A stretch of 64,000 nt of DNA from Terriglobia bacterium (GTDB taxonomy: Bacteria > Acidobacteriota > Polarisedimenticolia > Polarisedimenticolales > JAIQFR01). Positions 20,593 to 33,428 of this stretch are shown here, piece by piece (positions within the stretch are counted from its first letter, which is position 1; each line of letters starts with the position of its first letter). The stretch is from assembly GCA_963748015.1 (NCBI GenBank), contig CAVVHE010000004.1, forward strand, positions 1,184,001 to 1,248,000, read 5' to 3'. Below the pieces are notes generated by a model. That model worked only from the letters and a program-made list of their open reading frames with translations, had not been told where the DNA came from and ran no database searches. Both the position numbers and the translations under genes were made by a program.

Positions 20593-21939
20593 CTACGATC
20601 CGGAGCCTTCCGGATGCGCCCTCGCCGGCGGCGCCCCGGGGGCCGCCGGTTCGGCGAAGAGGTAACCCTGTCCGAGCGGCGCGCCCACGGCGCGAATCGC
20701 CGCCGCCTCTTCCTCGGACTCGATCCCCTCGGCCACGACCTCGGCGCCGATCCGCCTGCCGATGTGCACGAGGGAGGAGAGGAGCTCCTGCTTGATCAGG
20801 TTCTCGTGAACGCCCCTCACCAGGCTCATGTCCAGCTTGAGATAGTCGGGCCGGACCCGCTCGATCGTCGCGAGGCTGGCGTAGCCGGTGCCGACGTCGT
20901 CGAGCGCGATGCCGAACCCGCGCTTCCGGAGCGAGTCGAGCGTCGCCCCGAGCCGGCCGGCATCGGGATCCACCCCGCGCTCCGAGACCTCGAGCACGAG
21001 ATCGCGCGGGCTCAGGGAGGAAGCGGCGAGGAGCCCCGAGAAGGAGTCCTCGTGCCACTCGGGGTCCGAGAGCGATCCCGGCAGGACGTTGAGGAAGATC
21101 TTGCCGCGCCCGTCGCCGCCCATCGCGCCCGACCCCTCGAGCGCGCTGCGGCGGCACAGCCGGTCGAGGTCCGCCGCCACGCCGAGCCGGCCCGACAGCG
21201 CGAACATCGCCGCGGGCATCTCGAACCCGCTGTCCTTCGGGCCGCGCGCCAGCGCCTCGTGGCCGACGATCTCCCCCGTCCCGAGATTCACGACCGGCTG
21301 GAAGACCGTGGAGACCTCGGCATCGCGGATGATCCGCCGGAGCTCCGCCCCGCGCGTCGCCTCCGCCCGGCGCCAGAGGCGATCGTTCAGCGTCCGCGCC
21401 TCCTCGACCGCCGAGTGCACCCGGCGCTCGAAACGGTAGAAAGGGTTCTCCGAGAGGAGCGAGTGGCCGACGCGGAACACGAGGCGCGGCGAGAGCCCCG
21501 CCCACTCCTCGTCGTCGAACGCCTCCTCGAGCCGGCTTCGCGCGGAAGCGCCCATCCGCGACAGGTCGGCCGGGTGCACCTCGGCTCCCGACGCGGTCTC
21601 CGGGACGAAGAGCACGAAGCGGTCGCCGGCGACGCCGTTGACCGCCAGCAGCGTGCCCGGGGGCAGGACCTCTCCCGGGAGGTGCCGGAGCGTCTCCGCG
21701 ATCCTCGCGAGGACCCGATCGAATATCTGCCAGCCGTAGAGCGACTCGACGAGCTCGAGGTTGGCGACGTCCACGTGCAGCACGCCGAGATGCCGTCTCG
21801 CGTCGAGAGCGGTCCGGAGGTTGTCGAAGAGGAGCGCGTAGGCCGGCAGCCCCGTGATCCGGTCGTGCAGGGCGCTGCGCAGCTTGAGCAGCTCGTTCCG
21901 GAAGCGATCGTCGAGGAGGGCCGGGTCCAGGTGTTCCAT
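20593..21939 (-). CDS. Degenerate-GGDEF/EAL c-di-GMP phosphodiesterase
   Basis: DRITGLP with degenerate AGDRF; intact EAL, NV, EVSE, DDVGTGY, KLD, EGIE, QGY motifs. Confidence 0.9.
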   Translation of the reverse strand: MEHLDPALLDDRFRNELLKLRSALHDRITGLPAYALLFDNLRTALDARRHLGVLHVDVANLELVESLYGWQIFDRVLARIAETLRHLPGEVLPPGTLLAVNGVAGDRFVLFVPETASGAEVHPADLSRMGASARSRLEEAFDDEEWAGLSPRLVFRVGHSLLSENPFYRFERRVHSAVEEARTLNDRLWRRAEATRGAELRRIIRDAEVSTVFQPVVNLGTGEIVGHEALARGPKDSGFEMPAAMFALSGRLGVAADLDRLCRRSALEGSGAMGGDGRGKIFLNVLPGSLSDPEWHEDSFSGLLAASSLSPRDLVLEVSERGVDPDAGRLGATLDSLRKRGFGIALDDVGTGYASLATIERVRPDYLKLDMSLVRGVHENLIKQELLSSLVHIGRRIGAEVVAEGIESEEEAAAIRAVGAPLGQGYLFAEPAAPGAPPARAHPEGSGS

Positions 21940-21943
21940 GGCC

Positions 21944-22354
21944 TCAGGCCCCCGCGGGAAGCGAGCCGGTGCCCACGCCGGCCTCGCCGAGCACGCGCCG
22001 CACCCGCGTCAGGAGATCGTCCACCTCGAACGGCTTGGTCAGGTAATCCGCCGCTCCTTCCTGGAGACCGTGGACCTTGTCCCGGACCTCGCCCTTCACC
22101 GAGAACATCACGACCGGCAGGTGACGCGTCGTGTCGTCCGCCTTGATGAGGCGCAGCGTCTCCCAGCCGTCCATCTCCGGCATGTTGATGTCGAGCAGCA
22201 CGAGATCGAATCCCTGGCGCCTCGCGATGCTCAGCGCCTCGGATCCGTTCCGGGCGGAGGCGACGGCATAGGCGGCCGAGCCCAGCACGGCCGTCGCCAG
22301 CTCCACGACCGAGGGATCGTCGTCCACGACGAGGATCCGCGCCCCGGCCGTCAC
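21944..22354 (-). CDS. Single-domain response regulator
   Basis: ILVVDDD, LLDINMPEMDG, GAADYLTKPF; GTG start overlapping upstream stop. Confidence 0.9.
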   Translation of the reverse strand: MTAGARILVVDDDPSVVELATAVLGSAAYAVASARNGSEALSIARRQGFDLVLLDINMPEMDGWETLRLIKADDTTRHLPVVMFSVKGEVRDKVHGLQEGAADYLTKPFEVDDLLTRVRRVLGEAGVGTGSLPAGA

Positions 22355-23043
22355 GGCGCCTCCTCGGTCTTCTCGCGGAGGAAACGCGAGATCTCGAGGC
22401 GGCTCCGCGCGCTCAACGCGTTGAACCGGACGCCCGCGCCGGCCGCGCCGCCGGGCAGCGTGCCCTCTTCGACGGTTCGCACTACCTCGCCCTGCGCCCG
22501 GATCGTCTGCGCGCCCGGCTCCCCCAGGCTGAAGATCAGGTCGAGCGTGTCGCCCGGCTCGAGCCGCTCGCGGGTCGAGAGGAACACTCCCGTCGCGCCG
22601 AGATCGCGGACGAGCGCCGGGCGCTCCGACCCGAGCCGCTCGTATCGCGCCTCGAGCGCGACCGGAACGCGGCTCGACGCGCGCTCTGCGAGAGAGACGA
22701 ACCGCCGGATCGCGTCGAGGAACGGCTCGCGCTCGAGCGGCTTCGGAACGAACGCGTCTCCGCCCGCGGCGGCGCAGCGGGGATGGCGGAGTGGCGACGC
22801 CATGAAGACGACGGGGGTCGCGCGAAGCTCGGGGTCGGCCTTGATCGCGCCGCACAGCGCGATGCCGTCGAGAACCGGGAGGTCGGCCTCGGTGACGATC
22901 ACGTGCGGCCGGTGGGTGCGCGCCGTCTCGAGTGCTTCCTGTCCCGTCGTGGCCGTGAGCACTTCGCACCCCGTGCGTTTCAGGAACGTTCGCGCCAGCT
23001 CGAGAAACAACTGCACCTCGTCGACCAGCAGGATCTTGGTCAT
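22351..23043 (-). CDS. Receiver (atypical)-PilZ domain protein
   Basis: MTKILLVDE receiver with Glu at the phosphoacceptor position (TEADLP); PilZ RASSR and DLGATG motifs, GVRF. Confidence 0.85.
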   Translation of the reverse strand: MTKILLVDEVQLFLELARTFLKRTGCEVLTATTGQEALETARTHRPHVIVTEADLPVLDGIALCGAIKADPELRATPVVFMASPLRHPRCAAAGGDAFVPKPLEREPFLDAIRRFVSLAERASSRVPVALEARYERLGSERPALVRDLGATGVFLSTRERLEPGDTLDLIFSLGEPGAQTIRAQGEVVRTVEEGTLPGGAAGAGVRFNALSARSRLEISRFLREKTEEAP

Positions 23044-23224
23044 CCGGCCCCCCCCTCCGGTCCAGATAGGGATCCGCTGCGCGAGCGACCCGCCGCGTGG
23101 TTCCGCCGACTCTCCGGAAAGGTACCACCGCCGGGAGCGCAGGGGCAACGAGAATTGTGCACCTCTCCGCGCCGCGGGGGCCGCGTCTTCGGCGTTTTCG
23201 GGAACGTCGGCGCGAGGTGCGGGC

Positions 23225-23590
23225 TCACTCGGCCAAAGGTGACGAAACGGAGCCTGAAGGGAGGATCCTGAACCGGCCTTCGAGCCGCCCGCCCGGCTCG
23301 GAGCCGAGCGACGGCGCCTCGCCGCTTCCGATCCAACTTCCGGTTGCGCCGACGTGGGCCTCGACGCCGACGCGGAGATTTCCCTCGAGGCTGCCCATCA
23401 CGTCGAGGCGCGTCACGTCGCCGTCCACCTCCGCTCGTCCCGCGGGCGCGATCTCGAGCGTGCCGACCCACGACACGCGCCCGACGAGCAGCCCTTCGAC
23501 CCGGACGTGCCCTTCACCGACGAGATGTCCGCGCGCGATCGCGCCGCGGCCGACCCTCGAGCCCGCCACCGACGCTTTCTTCTTGGCCAT
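23225..23590 (-). CDS. Bactofilin (polymer-forming cytoskeletal protein)
   Basis: Beta-helix G/V pattern VRVEG..GRV...LEIAPAGRAEVDG...VMGSLEGNL...GGRLEGRF. Confidence 0.75.
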   Translation of the reverse strand: MAKKKASVAGSRVGRGAIARGHLVGEGHVRVEGLLVGRVSWVGTLEIAPAGRAEVDGDVTRLDVMGSLEGNLRVGVEAHVGATGSWIGSGEAPSLGSEPGGRLEGRFRILPSGSVSSPLAE

Positions 23591-23648
23591 GAAGCTCGCT
23601 CTCTTGCCCAGCGACGATCTTGGGATCGGGTCAGCAGAATGAGCGACT

Positions 23649-23724
23649 TGGAGCGGGAAACGGGATTCGAACCCGCGACCCTCAGCTTGGGAAGCTGATG
23701 CTCTACCAACTGAGCTATTCCCGC
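23649..23724 (-). tRNA. tRNA-Gly (CCC)
   Basis: GCGGGAATAGCTCAGTTGGTAGAGC...TTCCCAA loop...GGTTCGAATCCC...TCCA. Confidence 0.98.
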
Positions 23725-23742
23725 ATGCTGGGCCGAAGCCGC

Positions 23743-23772
23743 AGCATAGCGGGGGCTAGCGGGTTCCGTCAA
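23743..23772 (-). promoter_or_regulatory. Putative sigma70 promoter of tRNA-Gly
   Basis: TTGACG-18 bp-TATGCT just upstream of the tRNA. Confidence 0.6.
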
Positions 23773-24222
23773 GAGCGGTCGGGCGTCCGCACCGGCCGCG
23801 TCGTGTGCGAGATGCTGTCCTCGTCGTCCTCCCGGAGGAACGCGGCCTCGGGCCCCGTCGACGTGGTCCGGGCAATCTCCGCCCTTGCGGCCCAGGCTCC
23901 TCGAGAATCGCCTTCGCCGCATTGCCGATCTCGACCCGCTTGGAGCGGGCCGTCGTGTTCCGGGATGCGAACGAGGCGAAGCCTCCCCGCGTGTCCACGT
24001 CCACCCACCGGATACCCGCGGCATCGCGGAGTCGGGCGCCCGTGCCCGAGGCCTTCCTGGGAGGGTTCCGCCCTCCCCGTTCGAAAGCGATCTCCCAGCT
24101 GGACGGAGGACAGCCCATCCCGGCGCAAGTCGAACTTCGGGGTGCCGTCCGTCCGGGATCGTTCGTGGGTGCTGCTGTTGACAGATGCTTCTGCCCGAAG
24201 GCGCCTGCTTTTTCGGTGCATC

Positions 24223-24251
24223 TTGATTTGGACCCTGGCCGACCGTATAAG
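24223..24251 (+). promoter_or_regulatory. Putative sigma70 promoter of the Kelch/TSP3 gene
   Basis: TTGATT-17 bp-TATAAG. Confidence 0.6.
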
Positions 24252-24325
24252 GTCCACGGGTATTGTCACGAGGCTCGTGCGGCCTCGACGATGACTACCG
24301 CGCTCGCCTCGGGCTGAGGGGCCAA

Positions 24326-26482
<2,157 letters not shown>

Positions 26483-26533
26483 CAGATCCCGCGCGTCCGT
26501 CGGCCGGTCTGGAGGTCGGCCCCGAATCGCCGC

Positions 26534-26773
26534 TTACTTCTTTGCCGCGGGGCGCCGGACCTTGGGCCCGGCCTTGGACCCGGCCTTGGACCCGGCCTTG
26601 GGTCCGGCCTTGGGCCCGGCCCAGGGCGCGGCCTTCGGGGCGGCCGCGTCCCTCAACTCGCGGACGATCTTTGGCGGCACCCGGAACAGCACCACCAAGG
26701 GCACGTGGCCGCTGTCCAGGAGTTTCCGCACCTCGTCCGGGGTCGGTTTGTCGAGACGGAGTAGAAACGCCAC
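26534..26773 (-). CDS. Small basic protein with KAG(P/S) tandem-repeat tail
   Basis: 79 aa; GGGGGA RBS; upstream TTGACG-18 bp-CATTCT promoter-like sequence. Confidence 0.55.
   Translation of the reverse strand: MAFLLRLDKPTPDEVRKLLDSGHVPLVVLFRVPPKIVRELRDAAAPKAAPWAGPKAGPKAGSKAGSKAGPKVRRPAAKK
26560..26643. repeat. 12-bp tandem repeat CCTTGGRYCCGG x5 plus 2 degenerate units
   Basis: Read directly; in frame within the small ORF. Confidence 0.9.
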
Positions 26774-26863
26774 GGCGTCCCCCTAGCTCTTGCGAAGCCC
26801 GGCCGCGATCGAGAGCCGGACCCGCCCGCTGGAAATCAGAATGTCGCAGCGCGGCCCCGGCCG

Positions 26864-27955
26864 TCAAGCGAGGGGGCGGATCCAGCCGCCGCCGAGGACG
26901 AGGTCTCCGTCGTAGGCGACGGCGGCCTGGCCGGGGGCGATCGCCCGCTGCGGCTCGTCGAAGCGGACGAGGGCGGTGCCATCGCCCGCGTCCTCGATCG
27001 TCGCGGGAGCGCCGGCGTGTGTCGAGCGGATCCTCACGGTCGCGCGGAGCGGGCCGCCGGGGCGCTCGAAGGGTATCCAGCGGACGCGCTCGATCGTGCA
27101 GCGGTCGCCGAGCAGGTCGTCGTTGCCGCCGACCACGACGCGCCGGGTCTCCTCCTCGATCCGCACGACGTAAAGAGGATGCCCCGCGGCGAGGCCGAGG
27201 CCGCGGCGCTGCCCGACCGTGAATCCGTCAATCCCCTCGTGGCGCGCGAGCGGCCGTCCCTCGACGTCCACGATCTCCCCCGGCTCCATCCCCGCTTCCC
27301 CTCGGCGGCGGGTCACGAAGTCGCGGTAGCTCTCCCCCCGGCTCAGGAAGCAGAGGTCCATGGACTCGGCCTTCTCCGCGACGGCGAGGCCGAGTTCGCG
27401 GGCCGTCTCCCGGACCTCGACCTTCGTCATGCGCCCGAGCGGGAACTCCGCCGCGCGCCGCTGCTCGTCGGAGAGATCGAACAGGAAGTACGACTGGTCC
27501 TTCCCCTCGTCCCTCGCCTTCCGCAGCAGCGTCCGCCCGCTCCGAGGGTCGCGCTCCAGGATCGCGTAGTGGCCGGTCGCGACACCCGAAGCACCGACCG
27601 CGCGCGCCTTGTCGAGCAGCGCGCCGAACTTCACGTGGGTGTTGCAGAGCACGCAGGGGGACGGCGTCCGCCCACGAGCGTAGTCCGCGGTGAACGGCTC
27701 GAGCACGAGGCGGCGGAACTCCCCCTCCATCTCGAGGACGTGGTGCGGGAAGCCGAGGCGGGCCGCGACTTGCCGCGCGTCCTGGCAGTCGTCGAGCGAA
27801 CAGCAGCGGACCTTCTCGCCGGGCCGCCCCTCGTGGCGCGGCGCCAGGTACATCGAGAAGCCGACGATCGGCCTCCCCTCCCGGGCGAGGATCGCCGCGG
27901 CGACGGAGCTGTCCACCCCGCCGCTCATCGCCACGGCCGTCAGCGTCCCGCTCAC
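26864..27955 (-). CDS. mnmA: tRNA 2-thiouridine(34) synthase
   Basis: [54 protein letters not shown] start 27955. Confidence 0.96.
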   Translation of the reverse strand: MSGTLTAVAMSGGVDSSVAAAILAREGRPIVGFSMYLAPRHEGRPGEKVRCCSLDDCQDARQVAARLGFPHHVLEMEGEFRRLVLEPFTADYARGRTPSPCVLCNTHVKFGALLDKARAVGASGVATGHYAILERDPRSGRTLLRKARDEGKDQSYFLFDLSDEQRRAAEFPLGRMTKVEVRETARELGLAVAEKAESMDLCFLSRGESYRDFVTRRRGEAGMEPGEIVDVEGRPLARHEGIDGFTVGQRRGLGLAAGHPLYVVRIEEETRRVVVGGNDDLLGDRCTIERVRWIPFERPGGPLRATVRIRSTHAGAPATIEDAGDGTALVRFDEPQRAIAPGQAAVAYDGDLVLGGGWIRPLA

Positions 27956-28060
27956 CCCGGTCCCCTTCCCCTTTCCCCGCCCCCGCGGGGCTCGCGCGGC
28001 CGTCTCTGACGTCCGCGGGCTTCGTGTGTTAGAGTAGCGGCTTCGCCCGGGAGACGCCAA

Positions 28061-31045
28061 GTGTCGAAGAACGTTGAACTTAAGAACACGATCAACCTCC
28101 CGAGGACCGAGTTCCCGATGAAGGCGGACCTGCCGCGCCGGGAGCCGACGATCCTCGAGTGGTGGGACCGGATCGACGCCTACCGCAAGGTGCGCGAGGC
28201 CCGGCGCGGGCTGCCCCCGTTCGTCCTCCACGACGGCCCTCCCTACGCCAACGGGAACATCCACCTCGGCCAGGCGCTGAACAAGATCCTGAAGGACATC
28301 GTGGTCAAGTCCCGCTCGATGATGGGGCACGACGCCCCGTACGTCCCGGGCTGGGACTGCCACGGCCTCCCGATCGAGCACCGAGTCGACAAGGAGCTGG
28401 GCGGCGCCAAGGCGAAGATGGCGCCGCTCGAGGTGCGCGAGCGCTGCCGCGCGTACGCGGAGAACTACATCGGGATCCAGCGCGAGGAGTTCGTCCGCCT
28501 CGGCGTCCTCTGGGACCGCGCGCTCGACCGGAAGGAAGAGGCGGAGGGCGCCCCGAGCCGGCGCGCGATCTACCGGACGATCGACCGGACGTACGAGGCC
28601 GAGGTCGTGCGGCAGCTCGGCCGGTTCTTCACGAAGGGGGCGGTGTACTTCGGCGAGAAGCCGGTGCACTGGTGCTACTCGTGCAGGACCGCGCTCGCCG
28701 AGGCCGAGGTCGAGTACGAGAACCGGACGGACCCGTCCATCTACGTGAAGTTCCCGGTGCGGGGCCTCGAGGCGAAGGTGCCGGCACTCGCAGGCCGCCG
28801 CGTGTCGGTCGTCGCGTGGACGACGACGCCGTGGACCCTCCCCGCGAACCTCGCGGTCTGCCTCCATCCGGACTTCGTCTACGTCGCGGCGGAGGTCGGG
28901 GCCGACACCTTCATCGTCGCCGAGGGGCTGTTCCAGGCGGTCGCGACGGCCCTCGGCTGGGGATCCCCGAAGATCGTCGCCAAGGCTACGGGGCGCGAGC
29001 TGGTCGGCGAGGGAGCCGACTGGATCGGGACGCAGGCCCCCGTCGAGCGGCCCTACTCGTCCCCCTCCGGCCCCGCGGCGGGGACCGGCGTGCTGATCCT
29101 CGGCGATCACGTGACGCTCGACGCGGGGACCGGCTGCGTGCACACCGCGCCGGGACACGGCGCCGAGGACTTCGCGGTCGGACAGGTCTACGGGCTCCCC
29201 CCCTTCAACCCGGTCGGCGACGACGGAAGGTTCCTGGCCGACCGCGTCGGCCCCGACTGGCAGAAGGGCGCGTTCGTGCTCGAGGCCAACGCGAAGATCG
29301 TGGACGACCTCGAGGCGCGCGGCCTCCTCCTGCGCCACGACCCGTGCGACCACACCTACCCGCACTGCTGGCGCTGCAAGAACCCGGTGCTGTTCCGCGC
29401 GACCCCGCAGTGGTTCATCTCGCTCGCGGCCGACGGGCTGCGCGACAAGGCGGTCGCCGAGATCCGCGGCTCCAGCTGGATCCCGTCCTTCGGCGAGGAG
29501 CGGATCGCGCAGATGGTCGCCAACCGCCCGGACTGGTGCATCTCGCGGCAGCGGACCTGGGGGGTGCCGATCCCCCTCGTCGCGTGCGGGAGCTGCTTCC
29601 CCGACCAAGCGGACGCGTTCGTGCGCGACCCGGCGTTCTTCGAGCATCTCGAGCGGCTGTTCCTCGCCGAGGGCTCGAACGCCTGGTTCGGGGTCCCCGA
29701 CGGGAAGGGGCACCGGCCCTACGCGAGCCGGGACGAGCGCCTCTCGCGTCTCGTCCCCGCGGCCGTCGCCTGCCCGGCGTGCGGCAAGCGCGACCGTCTC
29801 GAGTTCCAGGAGCACATCGTGGACGTCTGGTTCGAGTCGGGCGTGTCCCACGCGGCCGTCCTCGGCCGGGACGCGGCGCTCCCCTGGCCCTCGGATCTCT
29901 ACCTCGAGGGCCACGACCAGTACCGCGGGTGGTTCCACTCCTCGCTGCTCGTCGCGGTGAACGATCGCGGGCGCGCCCCCTACCGCGGCGTGCTCACCCA
30001 CGGCTTCACCCTCGACGGCGACGGGAAGAAGATGTCGAAGTCGCTCGGGAACACGATCTCGCCGATCGACGTGGCCAGCCAGCGCGGCGCCGACATCCTG
30101 CGCCTCTGGGTGAGCATGGTGGACTTCCTCGAGGACATGCGATTGTCCCCGGAGATCCTCGACCGGAACGCGGAGGCCTACCGGAAGATCCGGAACACCT
30201 TCCGCTACCTCCTCGGCAACCTCGACGGGTTCGATCCCGCGAAGGACCAGGTCCCGTGCTCCGAGATGGAGGAGATCGACCGGTGGGCCCTCCACCAGTT
30301 GGAGGCGCTGCGGCAGAGGCTCCTCGCGGCCTACGGCTCGCACCAGTACCACCAGGTGTACCACGGCCTCCACTACTTCTGCGCGGTGACGCTGTCGTCG
30401 TTCTACCTCGACGTCCTGAAGGACCGCCTCTACACGGCCCCGCGCCGATCGACCGCGCGGCGCTCGGCGCAGACGGCGCTCTACCGCCTCGCGATGGACC
30501 TCGACCGTCTCCTGGCCCCGCTCCTCTGCTTCACCGCCGAGGAGGTCTGGCAGGAGCTCGAGTCGCTCCACGGCCGCGAGCGCTGGGGCGACTCCACCGT
30601 TCACGCGCAGCGCTTCCCGGAGCCGCTGTCGCTGCCGGAGGAAGCGGACCTCCTGGAGCGGTGGGACCGGCTGCTGCGCTTCCGCGTCGAGATCCAGAAG
30701 GCGCTCGAGGCCGAGCGCGCCGCGAAGAAGATCGGGAGCTCGCTCGAGGCGAAGGTGCGGATCGAGGCGTCCCCCGAGGCCGTCGAGTTCCTGAGCTCCT
30801 TCGGCGACGGGCTGAGGTACCTGCTCATCACGTCCGGGGTCGAGTTCGGAGCGGTCGCGGACGGAGCCCTTCGGGCCGATCTCGAGGGCGGGCTCGGCAT
30901 CGAGGTCGCCCGCGCGGACGGCGAGAAGTGCTCGCGATGCTGGAACTTCACCGCCGACGTCGGCTCGGACACGGAAGTACCCGGCGTCTGCGGGCGCTGC
31001 GCGACGGCGGTGCACGAGATCCTGGGATCGTCGGGGCCGGCATGA
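28061..31045 (+). CDS. ileS: Isoleucine-tRNA ligase (type 1)
   Basis: [43 protein letters not shown]-terminal KCSRCW...CGRC zinc finger. Confidence 0.98.
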   Translation: MSKNVELKNTINLPRTEFPMKADLPRREPTILEWWDRIDAYRKVREARRGLPPFVLHDGPPYANGNIHLGQALNKILKDIVVKSRSMMGHDAPYVPGWDCHGLPIEHRVDKELGGAKAKMAPLEVRERCRAYAENYIGIQREEFVRLGVLWDRALDRKEEAEGAPSRRAIYRTIDRTYEAEVVRQLGRFFTKGAVYFGEKPVHWCYSCRTALAEAEVEYENRTDPSIYVKFPVRGLEAKVPALAGRRVSVVAWTTTPWTLPANLAVCLHPDFVYVAAEVGADTFIVAEGLFQAVATALGWGSPKIVAKATGRELVGEGADWIGTQAPVERPYSSPSGPAAGTGVLILGDHVTLDAGTGCVHTAPGHGAEDFAVGQVYGLPPFNPVGDDGRFLADRVGPDWQKGAFVLEANAKIVDDLEARGLLLRHDPCDHTYPHCWRCKNPVLFRATPQWFISLAADGLRDKAVAEIRGSSWIPSFGEERIAQMVANRPDWCISRQRTWGVPIPLVACGSCFPDQADAFVRDPAFFEHLERLFLAEGSNAWFGVPDGKGHRPYASRDERLSRLVPAAVACPACGKRDRLEFQEHIVDVWFESGVSHAAVLGRDAALPWPSDLYLEGHDQYRGWFHSSLLVAVNDRGRAPYRGVLTHGFTLDGDGKKMSKSLGNTISPIDVASQRGADILRLWVSMVDFLEDMRLSPEILDRNAEAYRKIRNTFRYLLGNLDGFDPAKDQVPCSEMEEIDRWALHQLEALRQRLLAAYGSHQYHQVYHGLHYFCAVTLSSFYLDVLKDRLYTAPRRSTARRSAQTALYRLAMDLDRLLAPLLCFTAEEVWQELESLHGRERWGDSTVHAQRFPEPLSLPEEADLLERWDRLLRFRVEIQKALEAERAAKKIGSSLEAKVRIEASPEAVEFLSSFGDGLRYLLITSGVEFGAVADGALRADLEGGLGIEVARADGEKCSRCWNFTADVGSDTEVPGVCGRCATAVHEILGSSGPA

Positions 31046-31635
31046 CGTTGCTCACGGCGATCGGACGGCGGCGGGGATACTTCGGCCTGGCGGCCGTCGT
31101 CCTCGTGCTCGACCAGGCGTCGAAGATCGCGGCCGACCGGCTACTCCGGGGGCGGGGACCCGTTACCGTCATCCCGGACTTCTTCAACCTCTGGTACTCC
31201 CGGAATCGCGGGGGACTGTTCGGCTACTTCGCCGGCTGGCCGGACCCGTGGCGCACCCTGCTGCTCACGGTCTTCCCGCTCCTCGCGGTGGGTGCCATCG
31301 TCGTCTTCCTCGCCAAGACCGACGAGCCCGACCGGCGCACGATGGCCGGCCTCGCCGCGATCCTGGGCGGCGCCGCCGGGAACCTGATCGATCGCGCGTT
31401 CCGCGGCGAGGTCGTGGACTTCCTCGACGCCTACGTGTCGCACGAGGGCATCGCGCAGTGGCTCGTGGACCGGTTCGGCACCGCCCACTGGCCCACCTTC
31501 AACCTCGCGGATTCCGCGATCGTCGTCGGCGCCGGCCTGCTGCTGCTGGACCTCTTCCTGCCCGACCACTCCGAGAGTCCCACGACCGAGACCTCAACCG
31601 GCGGGCCGGCGGGCGATTCGCCCGGCGGGGAGTAG
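31042..31635 (+). CDS. lspA: Lipoprotein signal peptidase II
   Basis: [37 protein letters not shown]. Confidence 0.95.
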   Translation: MTLLTAIGRRRGYFGLAAVVLVLDQASKIAADRLLRGRGPVTVIPDFFNLWYSRNRGGLFGYFAGWPDPWRTLLLTVFPLLAVGAIVVFLAKTDEPDRRTMAGLAAILGGAAGNLIDRAFRGEVVDFLDAYVSHEGIAQWLVDRFGTAHWPTFNLADSAIVVGAGLLLLDLFLPDHSESPTTETSTGGPAGDSPGGE

Positions 31636-31644
31636 ACTTCGACC

Positions 31645-32472
31645 ATGCACCCGATCCTGCTGGACTTCGGAACCCACGACCTTCCGTTCCTCGGGACGAC
31701 GCACCTGTTCCTCCCGACCTACGGTCTCCTGTTCGCGTCGGGGGTCGTCCTGGCGTGGTGGTGGTTCCTCCGCCGGGCCGCAGGCCTCGGCGTCAACCCC
31801 GACCGGGCCTTCAACCTGACGTTCTACACGCTGGTGGGCGGGCTCATCGGCGCGAAGGCCAGCCTGGTGGTCGTCGAGTGGCGCTACTTCCTCGCGAACC
31901 CCGCCGAGCTCCTGGGCACGCTTCGCAGCGCCGGGGTGCTGATGGGCGGCCTCCTCGTGGGCGCCGCGGTGTTCGTGCTCTACGTCTTCCGCCAGAAGCT
32001 CCCCCTCCACCGGCTGGGCGACGCGATCGCCGCCCCCCTCGCCCTCGCCCAGGGGCTCGGGCGCCTCGGTTGCTACAGCGCGGGGTGCTGCTGGGGTGTC
32101 GAATCGCCCGGCCTGTGGTGCGCGAGCACGTTCACCGACCCCGTCGCGGCGGAGAGGACCGGGGTGCCGCTGAACGTCGCGCTGTTCCCTTCGCAGCTCG
32201 TCCAGATGGCGAGCGACCTGGCCCTCGCGGCGCTCCTCACGTTTCTCTTCCGCCGCAAGATCCGCCCCTACGGCTCCACGTTCCTCTGGTACGTGCTGCT
32301 GTACAGCCTGACGCGCGGCCTGATCGAGATCTGGCGCGGGGATGAGGTGCGGGGGCTTTACTTCGGCGGAACGCTCTCCACGTCGCAGATCGTCTCGATC
32401 CTGGCCGGATCGTGGGCGCTCGGCATGCTGATCCTCTACCGGACCAAGTGGAAGGAGCCCGCGACGCCGTGA
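31645..32472 (+). CDS. lgt: Prolipoprotein diacylglyceryl transferase
   Basis: MHPIL, YGLL, GRLGC..AGCCWG, PSQL, RG.IEIWRGD, SQ. Confidence 0.9.
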   Translation: MHPILLDFGTHDLPFLGTTHLFLPTYGLLFASGVVLAWWWFLRRAAGLGVNPDRAFNLTFYTLVGGLIGAKASLVVVEWRYFLANPAELLGTLRSAGVLMGGLLVGAAVFVLYVFRQKLPLHRLGDAIAAPLALAQGLGRLGCYSAGCCWGVESPGLWCASTFTDPVAAERTGVPLNVALFPSQLVQMASDLALAALLTFLFRRKIRPYGSTFLWYVLLYSLTRGLIEIWRGDEVRGLYFGGTLSTSQIVSILAGSWALGMLILYRTKWKEPATP

Positions 32473-33428
32473 CCGGGGAAACCGTGCGCCTCACGGTTCC
32501 CGGCGACGCGAACGGAACGCGGCTCGACGTCTTCCTCGCGGCACGCGTCCCCGAGCGCAGCCGGTCCTCGCTTCGGCGGTTGATCCTGGACGGGAGGGTT
32601 CGGGTGAACGGCCGCGCCGCGCCGAAGCCCGCGTTGTCGCTCGACGCGGGTGCGGAGGTCGAGCTCGTCCTGCCGCCCCCCACGCCCCCGACGCCGGCGC
32701 CCGAGACGATCCCGGTCGAGGCGATCTACGAGGACGAGCACCTCGTCGTCGTGCTCAAGCCCGCGGGCCTCGTCGTCCACGCCGGCCACGGCCGACCGTC
32801 GGGCACGCTCGTGAACGCCCTGCTCGGGCGCGGCACGCCGCTCGCCCCCGCGGGCGGAGCGGAGCGGCCGGGGATCGTCCACCGCCTCGACCGGGGAACC
32901 TCGGGGCTCCTCGTCGTCGCGAAGACCGACGCGGCGCACCGCGCCCTGGCGGCCGCGTTCGCCCGCCGCGAGGTCCGGAAGACCTACCTCGCGCTGGTGT
33001 GGGGGCACCCCGATCCGTCGGCCGGGACGATCGAGCGAGCGATCGGAAGGAGCCGGTCGGATCCGACGAAGATGTCGGTCGCGGCGAGGAGGAGCCGGTC
33101 GGCGATCACGTCGTACCGCACGGTCGAGCGCCTCTCGGGATTCGCGCTGCTCGAGGTGGACCTCGTCACGGGGCGGACGCACCAGATCCGCGTGCACTTC
33201 GAGTCCGTGCGCCACCCGATCGTGGGGGACACGCGCTACGGCGGGCGCCCGGAGAAGAACCTCCGCGATCCCGCGAAGCGCGCCGCGGTCCTCGGCTTTC
33301 ACCGCCTGGCGCTCCACGCCGCGCGGCTCGCCTTCGCGCACCCCGTGAGCGGCGCGCCGCTCGCCTTCGACGCCCCTCTCCCCTCGGAGATCGAGGAGCT
33401 CCTCGAGGTCCTGAGGAGGGAGCGGTGA
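32469..33428 (+). CDS. rluD: RluA-family pseudouridine synthase (RluD-like, S4 domain)
   Basis: RLDVFL S4 domain, KPAGLVVH, GIVHRLDRGTSG, TGRTHQIRVH, LHAARLAF. Confidence 0.9.
   Translation: MTGETVRLTVPGDANGTRLDVFLAARVPERSRSSLRRLILDGRVRVNGRAAPKPALSLDAGAEVELVLPPPTPPTPAPETIPVEAIYEDEHLVVVLKPAGLVVHAGHGRPSGTLVNALLGRGTPLAPAGGAERPGIVHRLDRGTSGLLVVAKTDAAHRALAAAFARREVRKTYLALVWGHPDPSAGTIERAIGRSRSDPTKMSVAARRSRSAITSYRTVERLSGFALLEVDLVTGRTHQIRVHFESVRHPIVGDTRYGGRPEKNLRDPAKRAAVLGFHRLALHAARLAFAHPVSGAPLAFDAPLPSEIEELLEVLRRER

Noticed and set aside
26864..31015. 1383-aa minus-strand ORF and many other long Arg/Pro/Gly-rich ORFs in the track
   Set aside because: Antisense or off-frame shadows of real genes in high-GC DNA; only the last ~363 codons here are mnmA
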